From: Nemertoderma westbladi | Taxonomy: Eukaryota; Animalia; Xenacoelomorpha | Reading direction: 5' to 3' | NCBI GenBank assembly: GCA_032718475.1 | Contig: JAUCBJ010003535.1 | Coordinates: forward strand, 1 to 64,000 | DNA: 64,000 bases | Shown: in pieces, positions 27,980 through 38,477 of the stretch | Position numbering within the stretch: the first letter of the stretch is position 1 | How the letters are laid out: the number at the start of each line of letters is the position of its first letter | The notes under the pieces: model-generated | The model's input: only the letters and a program-made list of their open reading frames with translations | What the model was told of the DNA's origin: nothing | Database searches by the model: none | Translations under genes and position numbers: made by a program

Positions 27980-29511
27980 ATCTGCTATATATGAGTTTAT
28001 CCATATTATAATGAGTCCACATTTAGGCGAGCGGGCGTCGCTGCCTACCTCAATCAACCCCCGGACAGTACGAGATCCTCAGCGCCGATGTGTCGTCGCC
28101 GCTGTACTTTCGCCAACGACGTAGCCGCACAACGACAACGACAACCGGCACAAGTCACTCAACTGTCCGTCCCAAAGTCTTAGATGTACTTCAGGTTTTC
28201 CTTGGAGAGTTAGGTTACTTTACGATTGCGACTGGCTACTGTAAACACACCTTAGTAGTAACATTCGCCTATAAACTCACAAGTACCACACACACAACTT
28301 GTCACAAATTACACACACTCGGGTCACTTGTCCGTTAGTCAATGCCTTCCAGAATGTCACTGTATTATTATGTATCCTTGGATACTATCAGTGCACTATT
28401 TATTCCCTATGCTATTCAATGGGACAAGCTTTCTATTGTTCGTTTAACTCAATTCTAATTCTAGCGTGGTTGTTGCTATGGTGACATTATGCAAAGCTAG
28501 CGGTAGAATTAGGGTGATTCCAATGCATACAGATCTGGGATGTTATTTAATAGTAATTCTTTAATAGTCAATGTCCTGTTTATACATGACTTTACGAATT
28601 TTATAGGCTATTAACTATGTTGGGGAGACTTTCGTACACGCATACGCATAATAATATAAATCTCCGCTCCCTTGATCTATTAATTAATGGAATTTTGGGA
28701 ATGTTATAAATTGCGTAAAATGGCAATTTATTAAATTCATTAAAAGACATGAATTTAAATTTATTCCCTGAAATTTTATTATTTGATAATTAAATGGACA
28801 TATTTTGATTCTAGAACATGTCTAGGGACACAAGATCCTTAATTCTAAGAAAATTGTCTCTTTAAGAATATCGGTAAATGCTACGATATCTTAATTGACT
28901 AGAATTGTTGAAGGATCTGAATTTTACAGATTTTGACTTATTTGATTTGTAAATATTAACTAATTAATATTTGAGATGGGCACCGATTTATTCCAGAACT
29001 TGTCTGGGGACGTTAACCACTGATTCTAGAATTTGTCTTTCAAGTATATCGGTGGGTGCCGCGATATCTTAATCGACTAGAATTACAGATGGTCAAAGGG
29101 TTTAACAGATTTATTCTGCGTTATACGCTACTGTTAAAGGGACATCACGCTACTATATGTATTATTTAATATACGGTATGAGAGCAATATCGCACGAAGC
29201 AATGTCAGTGTGAAGAGGCAAGTCGTTTCCAAGGTCTACCCAGAGCTTGGTTTAACCGAGACACGAGGATCTGAACTTTGCATTCCTAATACCTAATAAT
29301 TATTTCTTCGCCGTCGCACTAAATATAATATAAGTAATTACGTACGTAATAAACACGAATATATTGCACTATTCTACACAATAATCGCTAAATAATATTC
29401 TACTAAATTAAATAAAACGATTATAATAAAATTACATAGTAATACATACATAAATATAAAAATAATAAAATAATATAAAATAATAGAGTCACACACCCAC
29501 TCCATATGTTG

Positions 29512-32500
29512 TTACGTTATGGAGTCCCTAGATGTTTGAAGGATTAGGGAGGTGGTCGTGGGAAGAGAATCTTGCCTTCCACAGTTTCCGGAGAGTCCTC
29601 CATTCCCTTCCGATAAACACAAACGACCGACTGGGTGATTGAGTCGCTGCATCCTAAATACAATTCCAGGTTTCCTCTTCGTCCTGGAATAGTGACGATA
29701 GAAACATCGCTCAAAGTATATGACGGCGTCACAAAGCCGATTCCAGGAGCTATAGTGGTCCGTCGCTCTCTGCAGGAGAGGTGAGAGTCCCTGCGAGACG
29801 TCTGATGTTCCAGAGCTCCAATCGCTCTCTCTGATCTTCATGAAGGATCCACTCGCGGTGGGGAGGCCCAGATCCACGGCGTCGTCCCTGGCAACATGTA
29901 ATACCGACAGATCTATCCCGGGTTCAAATAACTCCGATCCACACGTCCGGGTTTCAGGTTCGACTTTCTCCGCTCCCTTGGCTGGTATAATCTCAGTCTG
30001 AGTAAGATGGGGAGGCCATTCATTCTCCTTACTCAGGAAGTCGGGTTCACCTAATCGGTCTGTAGTATCTGTCAGTTCTTGAGGAGTTGCTCCTCTGGAA
30101 GCGATGTCCGTTGGATTAAACTTCTTGGGGCAATATCTCCATTGATCTAAATTGGAGCTAATATCGTCATTATCTGAGGAGTATGGTGTTCCCTCAGTTG
30201 GGTCGTCTCCCTCACTAGTATCATCTTCCCATTTACTCCGCTGGCAGACGCGATCTTGAAGCAGTCTTTCTCTGAGCGTTCTACGGGAAGGTCCAGTAAG
30301 GTACCAACCTACTCTAGTTCTTACCGCATAGGGCTGAAGTGGTTGCGGTTGAGCAGGTCGTTTCTCTAATGTCTCCAGCGCCTCATGAGCGTTTTGGCCG
30401 ATGAGTATTTGCACTCCAGGATAATCAGTCTGGAATCGAGGTATGTTAAGATGTTGGATGCTCTCATCCTCGTCCCAATTATAAAGGTCTGCTTGAGTAG
30501 TAGCGAAGTTCTTTATAGCCACCATTTTCACTGACCTGATGCTATGTTCTCCTAGTTCGTCCTGGGGGGTGGACAACTCACATATATAATAGTCGGCAGC
30601 TACAGTAGAATTCCAAACCTGCATGATCCCTGACAGGTTTAGCTTGGTTCGGAACTTGGGTTGTCCAGCAAAGATGACTTCGGCTAGTTCCCTATCGATG
30701 AATGTTCCTGTGCTACCGGAGTCCAGGAGGGCGTTCACTATATAGCTCTTCTGAGGTCCGTGGACCCGTAACTGGACTACAGGAAATTCTCGGATTCCTA
30801 TGTTGGAAGTTGGCGCTTTCCAAGATGGTTGTTGATCGGAAGTAGTTAAGGTAAGGTCGCTGTCTGTGTCTTTCTCATACACGAGTGCTCGATACACTGC
30901 GGTGGTGTTTATTAGGTAACAGGATTCGTTTTGGTCGGAGAACTCGTCCGTATAGAATCCTTCCATCTCAGATTGATCAGTGTCGTTCACATCACTGAAT
31001 TGGACATGTATTTCGGACTCACTTACCTGACTCGGGCTGTTTCGTTCGAATTCCGTGTGCAACAAGATATGATGTTTTGCGCCGCACTTTGCACACCTTG
31101 CGTCGGAGTTACAGGTTCGCCGTTGGTGTCCTCGTCTGAGGCAATTATAACACAACCGCTTATCCCACATGACTTCACGTCTATCCTCGAGTGATTTCCT
31201 CAGGAATTTATCACACGCATTTAAACGGTGGGGCCCGTCGCACAGCACACATTTGGGCTTGATGTTACTTACTTTAACATGTGCTGTGTGGTGCACACTT
31301 GTTCTTTCCTCGGGCTTTCTCACCTGAATTCTTTTAGGAGACGTAGGAGGGGTTTTTTGTACCGGTTCCCTTCTGTCATTGGGTCGAGACTTGGATTTAC
31401 TTACCTGATCTTTAGGCATTTTATTGACATAAGATCTGTCAGTGTCTTTCCCGCTGTCCTCTCCTTGAGAAGTTTGGCTTTCACCGTCGTCGGTATAACA
31501 TACTGGTGTTACCCTTCTCCTAGAAACGGGTTTCTCACTTACCTTGTTTTCCAATGTCTTCTCTCTGGACTGCCTTAGGAGCTGTAATTTCACTTCTCCA
31601 TCTAAGAATGACATGAGATCAGCCATGGTAGGGTCTCGTCGTTGTTGTTCCATCATATATAACACTTTCTTATCCCAGCGTGTACCTACTCCACCCTTCG
31701 GTAAAGCAGAAGCCACTGCTCTAATAACCATAGCACCCTGATACTCATGAGACTTACCTAGCCAATCTAATTGTCTGCAGATCTCCTGAATTTCATCGGA
31801 AAACTCTATAATCCCGCTGCTAATAAACTTTCGGGGCGCTACCAACTTTGCATACAAATACCCAGCTATGTTATTCCTATTACCATACCTGATGTTTAAT
31901 GTATCCCAAACTTGTCTTAATCCGTCTGGATGTCCAATAAACCTTAACGCCATTAACTTGGGAGATCCTTCCAAGCACTCGATGAGGTATCTAAGTTTTT
32001 CTCCATTAGATAGTACGGAGTTCTGTATGTTATCTTTGTAATATTCATTAAAAGGTAACCATTTCATCTCATCTCCATTGAACTTAACGATCTCTCCCAC
32101 CTTTACCGCTTGCCGGGCTTCGGTTCTAGCCATTTGACGCGTAAAACTTTCTTGGGCCATCGTGCTATTTAATATCGAGTTATCGGCATATAAATTTCTC
32201 GGATTATGATCAGTTCTATATGGAATATCATTATCAACAGGTCTATAATTACCCTTAATAGGGTTCACTATAGGAGTTTCTACTTCGCTAGCAGTATAAA
32301 TGCGTGTAGGCTCCACACCTTGCGCATGAGATACTTCAGACCTAACGGGTTGACACATTGTTACAGAGGTTGGTGGTATACCCTTTTTTAAGTTTACTAA
32401 TTTATCGCGTTCTAACGCGATACTTTGCTGCACTTCTTGCAACTCTAACCTGCTTTCCCTCACTGTTCCCTTTAAATGTTGGACAGTCCCTTCCAACTCT

Positions 32501-33558
32501 CGGACCTGTTGGGAGGAGCGTATCCGATTCTCCTTCATCTCTCCGAGGAGAATATCCATCCCCCGCCGTCTCTCATCTACCCAATCAACCGCCGAAACGG
32601 GATCCGCCAACGTCGTAGCGGGCAGACAAGGGACAACGGGCGACAAATTCGGAATATTTCGCTCGGGGTCCAGGACCTGAACTGTCTCTCGGGCAGTTCT
32701 ACGGGGCACAGGTAGCTTAGTGCTATGTAGAGGGAATTTATAGGTAGCTTCAGGGAGCACAGGTGTATCTATTACCGTAGGGGTGATTTCAAGAACAGGC
32801 CTAATTATTTCAGGCTCATCTACTATAGTAGGGAGTCTTTCTATTTTAATTATTTGGTCTGTGGGCTCTGTACTACCTAAGTTGGTGTTATTTAGTTGCC
32901 TTCTAACAGCTGGAGGCAAATCAGGCAATTTCTGACGGTGGAATGTTCTTTTACGTCTGCTTAGGCGAGATCGATTTCTTCCGCCTTCAGTGTCGGTGGT
33001 ATCGCCTTCCTCAGATGAGGTATACCCTTGTCTTTTGGGAGTAGATCGACTCATCATCTGCATATTACTAGCTGCTAACTGTTTACTGAAGTCGTCTTGC
33101 TTCTCTTGAAGATTTTCCAACTCCAGTTGGATGATCTCTTCAGCCGCTTTTCGTTCTGCTTCCGCCACTGCTGCCGCTTTTGCCTCTGTTCGTTCTGCTT
33201 CCGCCTCTGCCGCTGCCGCTTTTCTTTCTGCCTCTGCCACTGCTGCTATCTTTCTGTCTTCTATACGCTTTTTCCTTACTTGTTCTTCCCTTTCTCTAGC
33301 GATGCGGAGTTGTTCATCGAATTTAGCTTGGTTCGCCGCTAACCTATCCACATCAATCGCATCTAACACAAGTTTGGCTCCTTCGCTATTAGGGCTAAGT
33401 CCCTCTAGCCTTCTCCTCAACTCTTCATCTCCCACAAAACGCTGATAGTCTGACAGATAGATATCAATGGCATCCTTCTTATGCGGTTTCTCTGCCGTCG
33501 CTTCGCTCTCGGTCGTATCTAGTAGACTGTCTGACAGGTTCTGCTTTGCATCAGACAT
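29512..33558 (-). CDS. gag-pro: BEL/Pao Gag-aspartic protease polyprotein (1348 aa), lacking RT and integrase
   Basis: Same motifs as element A: triple zinc knuckle, LLDSGS protease, WRY..NPTDIASRG, and SSWNRLCDAVIYF post-RNase H linker remnants. Confidence 0.94.
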   Translation of the reverse strand: MSDAKQNLSDSLLDTTESEATAEKPHKKDAIDIYLSDYQRFVGDEELRRRLEGLSPNSEGAKLVLDAIDVDRLAANQAKFDEQLRIAREREEQVRKKRIEDRKIAAVAEAERKAAAAEAEAERTEAKAAAVAEAERKAAEEIIQLELENLQEKQDDFSKQLAASNMQMMSRSTPKRQGYTSSEEGDTTDTEGGRNRSRLSRRKRTFHRQKLPDLPPAVRRQLNNTNLGSTEPTDQIIKIERLPTIVDEPEIIRPVLEITPTVIDTPVLPEATYKFPLHSTKLPVPRRTARETVQVLDPERNIPNLSPVVPCLPATTLADPVSAVDWVDERRRGMDILLGEMKENRIRSSQQVRELEGTVQHLKGTVRESRLELQEVQQSIALERDKLVNLKKGIPPTSVTMCQPVRSEVSHAQGVEPTRIYTASEVETPIVNPIKGNYRPVDNDIPYRTDHNPRNLYADNSILNSTMAQESFTRQMARTEARQAVKVGEIVKFNGDEMKWLPFNEYYKDNIQNSVLSNGEKLRYLIECLEGSPKLMALRFIGHPDGLRQVWDTLNIRYGNRNNIAGYLYAKLVAPRKFISSGIIEFSDEIQEICRQLDWLGKSHEYQGAMVIRAVASALPKGGVGTRWDKKVLYMMEQQRRDPTMADLMSFLDGEVKLQLLRQSREKTLENKVSEKPVSRRRVTPVCYTDDGESQTSQGEDSGKDTDRSYVNKMPKDQVSKSKSRPNDRREPVQKTPPTSPKRIQVRKPEERTSVHHTAHVKVSNIKPKCVLCDGPHRLNACDKFLRKSLEDRREVMWDKRLCYNCLRRGHQRRTCNSDARCAKCGAKHHILLHTEFERNSPSQVSESEIHVQFSDVNDTDQSEMEGFYTDEFSDQNESCYLINTTAVYRALVYEKDTDSDLTLTTSDQQPSWKAPTSNIGIREFPVVQLRVHGPQKSYIVNALLDSGSTGTFIDRELAEVIFAGQPKFRTKLNLSGIMQVWNSTVAADYYICELSTPQDELGEHSIRSVKMVAIKNFATTQADLYNWDEDESIQHLNIPRFQTDYPGVQILIGQNAHEALETLEKRPAQPQPLQPYAVRTRVGWYLTGPSRRTLRERLLQDRVCQRSKWEDDTSEGDDPTEGTPYSSDNDDISSNLDQWRYCPKKFNPTDIASRGATPQELTDTTDRLGEPDFLSKENEWPPHLTQTEIIPAKGAEKVEPETRTCGSELFEPGIDLSVLHVARDDAVDLGLPTASGSFMKIRESDWSSGTSDVSQGLSPLLQRATDHYSSWNRLCDAVIYFERCFYRHYSRTKRKPGIVFRMQRLNHPVGRLCLSEGNGGLSGNCGRQDSLPTTTSLILQTSRDSIT

Positions 33559-34869
33559 GTTTGTTTATACAGTTGAATGCCTACTGCTGTATTACAGTCT
33601 GAGCAAGTCTAGTAACTCAGTATTAACTGCTAGCCTAGTAATTAATTACCGGTACTGCTACTCAGTGTAGCGTGATATATATAATATATTAGAATACCGG
33701 TATGCTTATAGTATATATAACTATTATTACAGACTAGGTTTATCACAGAATACCGGTATAATTTTAGCACAAATATATGTAAAAATATAATAGGCCTATC
33801 GGAATACCGGTATACAGCTTACAGTTTGTAGTATATATAATTCTGAACTAGAATTAATTACAAGTACCGGTATAATTTCAGCCTAAATTTATAGAAATAA
33901 AGATAATAGGCCTATCGTAAATACCGGTATATCAATTATTTTAAATAACTGAATTTCTGAATCTCAAGGGTTACTTAGTTACTTTAACTTACTTTATTGC
34001 CGTTATTTAAGCAGTAGTCCAACTGATATTGAGACCTAATGGTTGTATGGTAGGCCTACGATTTATAAATCGTTAGATTTGATTTATAATATATATATAC
34101 CCGTTTTAATGGGTTTTGTCAATGTTTGAAATAAATGTTATTATTTCTGGGGAGTAATCACTACACAAAGCGGTGCGCTTTCAGTGAAGTGTTACGTACA
34201 GGACACTAAAACAAATAATACTAATTTACCTAAGTTACTTAATACTACAAATTACGTACAATTCGGGTGAGATTACAATCTCTAAATAAACACAAAAATT
34301 TACAAAAAAAAACACAAAATACGAATTTTTAGGGTAATTTTACAAGAAGTTTACAAACCAGCCTAACAAAGGGTTAGATAACCGGTTATTACAACGGACA
34401 GAGTACTACGGTATTTGAAATAATAAGTAGTAGTAAATACACTGCGTTGTCTAGATAGGAAATACCACCGCCTGACGACCTATAGCCGTATCGCTATAGG
34501 TTCTACGTTATGTATCACGGAGTGTTCCTACCTAGAAGTTAATAGAGCTAATCGAATGTGCCTATCAACCACTTTACAACACAAATATAATGCCTACAAT
34601 AATTACTTCGGAAAGTACTGTACACTAAACCCTAAATTAGGTACGAGTACTTGTACAACAGATAATCTGTAGTTAAATATACTTGAACAGCTAAAAGAAC
34701 CACGGCATCTGCTGGAGTGACCGATGCACAAAATCACCAGTCTTTACCTACGCCGAGCAGCCCGTGTAGTACCGGGGTTAATTTAACTATAACGGTATGT
34801 ATAACAAACACAATTACTGTAGGAACAAACTTGGGGAATTGAATGTTGCGAATAATTGCATAAACTCTG

Positions 34870-35440
34870 AATAATAAATATTACGCTACGCGTACAAACT
34901 ACTCAAACAAAATACAGACCGAACACTGACAGACTACTATCAAGTCTAAACAAACTACGGTATATGCAGACTCCGAAATGATTAGGGAGTATGCGCTCTA
35001 ACCCAGTAGTGCGACTTATTCTTTAGTTGGGGGTTTACCTTACCGCATTGGCTGCCCCTACTGCCTAATCGTACTTAATCGGACAGATGATCTACACACG
35101 CGGCAATCCGTTCAGACCTAATAACAGCCAGACAACTATCCAGCCTACAAATTATTTAAATAAAATTATACGCTACCCGTACAGACTTACACAAACAAAG
35201 TACAGACTAAACGATGGCAGACTACTCTCAAGCCTAAATAAACTACAGGACATGCAGACTCCGAAATGATTAGGGAGTATGCGCTCTAACCCAGTAGTGC
35301 GACTTATTCTTTAGCTGGGGGATTACCTTACCGCATTGGCTGCCCCTACTTCCTAACCGTACTTAATCGGACAAGTGCTCTACACACACTGCAATTCGTT
35401 CGGACTTAACAGCAATCAGACAACAGCTCAGCCTACAAAT
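34870..35440 (-). repeat. Tandem duplication (288 bp period) of a structured leader domain, element B
   Basis: AGTATGCGCTCTAACCCAGTAGTGCGACTTATTC occurs at 34988 and 35276. Confidence 0.85.
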
Positions 35441-35752
35441 TGTCTGTACAATCTGATCAGGTTTACACGCCTTCTGTTCAATACTGGCCTACAAACAAAT
35501 AAAACTTGACAGAAATAAGTAAAATCTCAATAAAAAATCAGGGCGGCCGTTCCCTGATTAAGTACTAAGACCTACCGGTATACAACTATCAAAATCGAAT
35601 AGTACTGCTGTACCTGTACTGCTGTAGGTACCGGTCCGGGTGGTTAGGTAGTCAGGCCTACTGGTACCGGTTCTGGCAGTTGGGCCTACTGACCTACAGA
35701 TGTACCGGTTGACCGGTACTTTTAACTTTATTGCTTACTGCAATAAGAAGCA

Positions 35753-35763
35753 ATATCCTTTAA
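35753..35763 (-). promoter_or_regulatory. Non-tRNA primer-binding site of element B (TTAAAGGATAT), complementary to LTR 36566-36576
   Basis: Abuts the LTR, lacks TGG, and has an exact 11-nt complement in both LTRs (36566-36576, 26140-26150). Confidence 0.72.
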
Positions 35764-37044
35764 TGTTCGCGCTTTCAGACCTTTGGCAGTTTAACCCACC
35801 AAATTAAGATGTCTTCTAGATATTAAATCTGTTTTTTAGTCTATGACAAGTATTTGATTCACTACACTAGTCGAAACCAATCCGTGCGCGACCATTCACC
35901 CGCTGGATATTCCCGGGAGATTGGGTTCGACGGTTTAATTTTATTGCTATGTAAGCCTAATGTATTATTCGACTGACAGTACTATATAATCTCTGACAAT
36001 ATTATTCACCTTCGGTAATATTAACAGTTCCTTTAGGACGTGGCGCTTTATCTATATAAACAGAGTTATGACTTAAACTACTCACAACGATATGGCTTAA
36101 TTATAATTCACATATATGGCGCATTCTTTAGGAATTGCTTCTTTAACAGACTCACTCATACACAATGCTGCACAATACTGCACACTAATCTGCCAATCTT
36201 CACTGATTTTAGTCACATATAAAAGGAACACAGACTGACTCATGTAGGGTCTATCAAATAACATTAGATTCACTTCAAACCACTTTAACATAAGTCACAA
36301 TCGTTTATCTGTAACCCTTCTCTCTTACCTTCGGTATATCAAGAATATTGGGTTTCGGGGTTATTTATCGTTATTCCAAATATAATTATTCGTCAACCAT
36401 ATTATGAAGAACTGACGGTAAATAGCAGTATAAAACAACAATGAAAACACTGATTGTTATGAGTTTGCAATGTTTCAGCAGTCAGCATGTATCATCAGTC
36501 AGCAGTGATTCCATGAGTTTGATCGGTATGTTAGTACCGGTATGTCAGCAGTGAGATATTTACAGTTAAAGGATATATGCCCTTTATAATTAAACCTACT
36601 AGTGTAAGACTAAAAAGCAGTACAGCACAAAATACTTCCAAGCCGTTCTTTCTTTGGCTCAAGACTGAATGTAAACACTGCACATAGGCATTGCGTCATT
36701 TCTCGGAAATTTTCTGTACAAGGAGCCACAAAAACGCTCTAATTGGCTGACTGAACTGAGAGACGCCGTAGAACAAAGGAAATCAACACGTATGAATGTC
36801 AGCTGTTAACCGTAGTCATAGTAACTACTGTTCAAGAGTAGCTATCACCCCTTTGCGTCACGAATTGCCATAGAATCATAAAATATGCCTTTCACAGTAC
36901 ACATACGGAGGAAATAGGTCTTAGATCCTCTAAAAACACCGATACAGCAATAATACGGTCTCTTACACTTATTAAATCAACTACAGAGTATTTTAATGTA
37001 AAAGATAATAAAAATAACGGGGCAATTCAGCAAAGGCTTTTACA
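35764..37044 (-). repeat. 5' LTR of element B (1281 bp)
   Basis: Direct repeat of 25338-26617; CCAAT box at 36742-36746 and Inr-like TTCAGTCTT at 36661-36669 on the sense strand. Confidence 0.96.
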
Positions 37045-37480
37045 ATGTGGCCTTTCAGATATAATTGTATTATGTCATTGCTGTTGCTAACTAATTAATT
37101 TGTAGTAAAATAATCAAAAACAACAATTTTCATATGGATGAATAGTTTGTTACACTGACCGCGGATTTTGAATATTATATCGCTATTTTTATCTTGCAAT
37201 GGGGTGAACCAAAATTCGGGTTTCAATTTGTTTGGTTTTATTAAATCACGGTGAATTTTCTGATTGGTGTAATGGATACTATAAATACATTATTAGGCCT
37301 ATAATATTATTGAAATATTACTTATATATATGGGCACAATCGATTTTTGAAAGTTGGAATTTTTCATAATGTGTGCATTTTCTGTGGAATTCCCCCTATG
37401 GAATGGGTGCAGGGACTGTGATAGCAGTGCTTAGGAGTGAACCTTGAAATAACCATGTTAGGCTACAGTAGTATATAGAA

Positions 37481-38477
37481 AATACACACCATGACCCGTA
37501 ATATAGTGTCATTTTCTGATGACACAGACCCCCCCCCCCCAAATTTTTCTACAAATCTTTAAAATATTGCTTGAAATTTGTAACACAACTAGTTCAACTC
37601 ACCGTGGTTGTTACCATGAAGCCGGAATTTTCAATTTTGCCTTTACATTTTTTTTATAAGCGTTTTAAAAAAATCGCCTCATTTATCCCCCTCCGCCTCG
37701 CTTTATAGATATCATTAAAAAGCTTGCGTTCCAAGGATTCCAAATATGTAACAATATTTGAATTTCGTTGAGAAACAGCTGAGAAATAGGCGTTCAAAGA
37801 TTGCAAGAATTATTGTTCGCTGCAGGACATTTATTCTATTTAATTTTTTTTTTTTTTTTTTTTTTCAAACAAGTAAACATGTTCATAATATTATTTGTTA
37901 AGTTTAATTATTATAAATCTTTTTACTAAAAAAATTTTTTCTATTTAATAAATACATAATGTTCTGAAACAATTTGTTTATGTATTTGTCTATTTGTCTA
38001 CGCAATATAGATATTGTATAGGCAAGGCATACCGCTGTTGCCCACCAACTCATAAAATAAATAACACGTTCTAGAATTTTGTGTATTTATTAAATAGAAT
38101 AAATGAAATGTCCTGCAGCGAACAATAATTCTTGCAATCTTTGAACGCCTATTTCTCAGCTGTTTCTCAACAAATTCAGATATTGCTACATATTTGGAAT
38201 CCTTGCAACGCAAGCTTTCTATTGATATGAAAAAACAAATGTGAGGAATGGCAATGATACGGATGGTGCGATTTCGCAAAGGACACTTTTTTAAAACGCT
38301 TATAAAAATAATGTAAAGGTGAAATCGAAAATTGCGGCTTCATGGTAACAACCACGGTGAGTTGAACTAGTTGTGTTTCAAATTTCAAGCAATATGATAA
38401 AGATTTGTAGAACAATTTTTGGGGGGGGGGGTCCGTGTCATCAGAAAATGACACTATATTACGGGTTATGGTGTATT
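37481..38477. mobile_element. MITE-like element with ~350-bp inverted arms
   Basis: ACCCGTAATATAGTGTCATTTTCTGATGACAC..GTTCGCTGCAGGACATTT is mirrored at about 38105-38475. Confidence 0.75.

Larger units (their letters stand above)
25338..37044 (-). mobile_element. Complete non-autonomous BEL/Pao LTR retrotransposon, element B (11.7 kb)
   Basis: Two LTRs with TG..CA ends, 5-bp TSD ATGTG (25333-25337 and 37045-37049), PPT, and a single Gag-PR ORF. Confidence 0.96.

Noticed and set aside
36460-36510. Hammerhead-like CTGATGA..GAAAC on the LTR sense strand
   Set aside because: The intervening 15 nt do not form stem II, and the motif is absent from the element A LTR.
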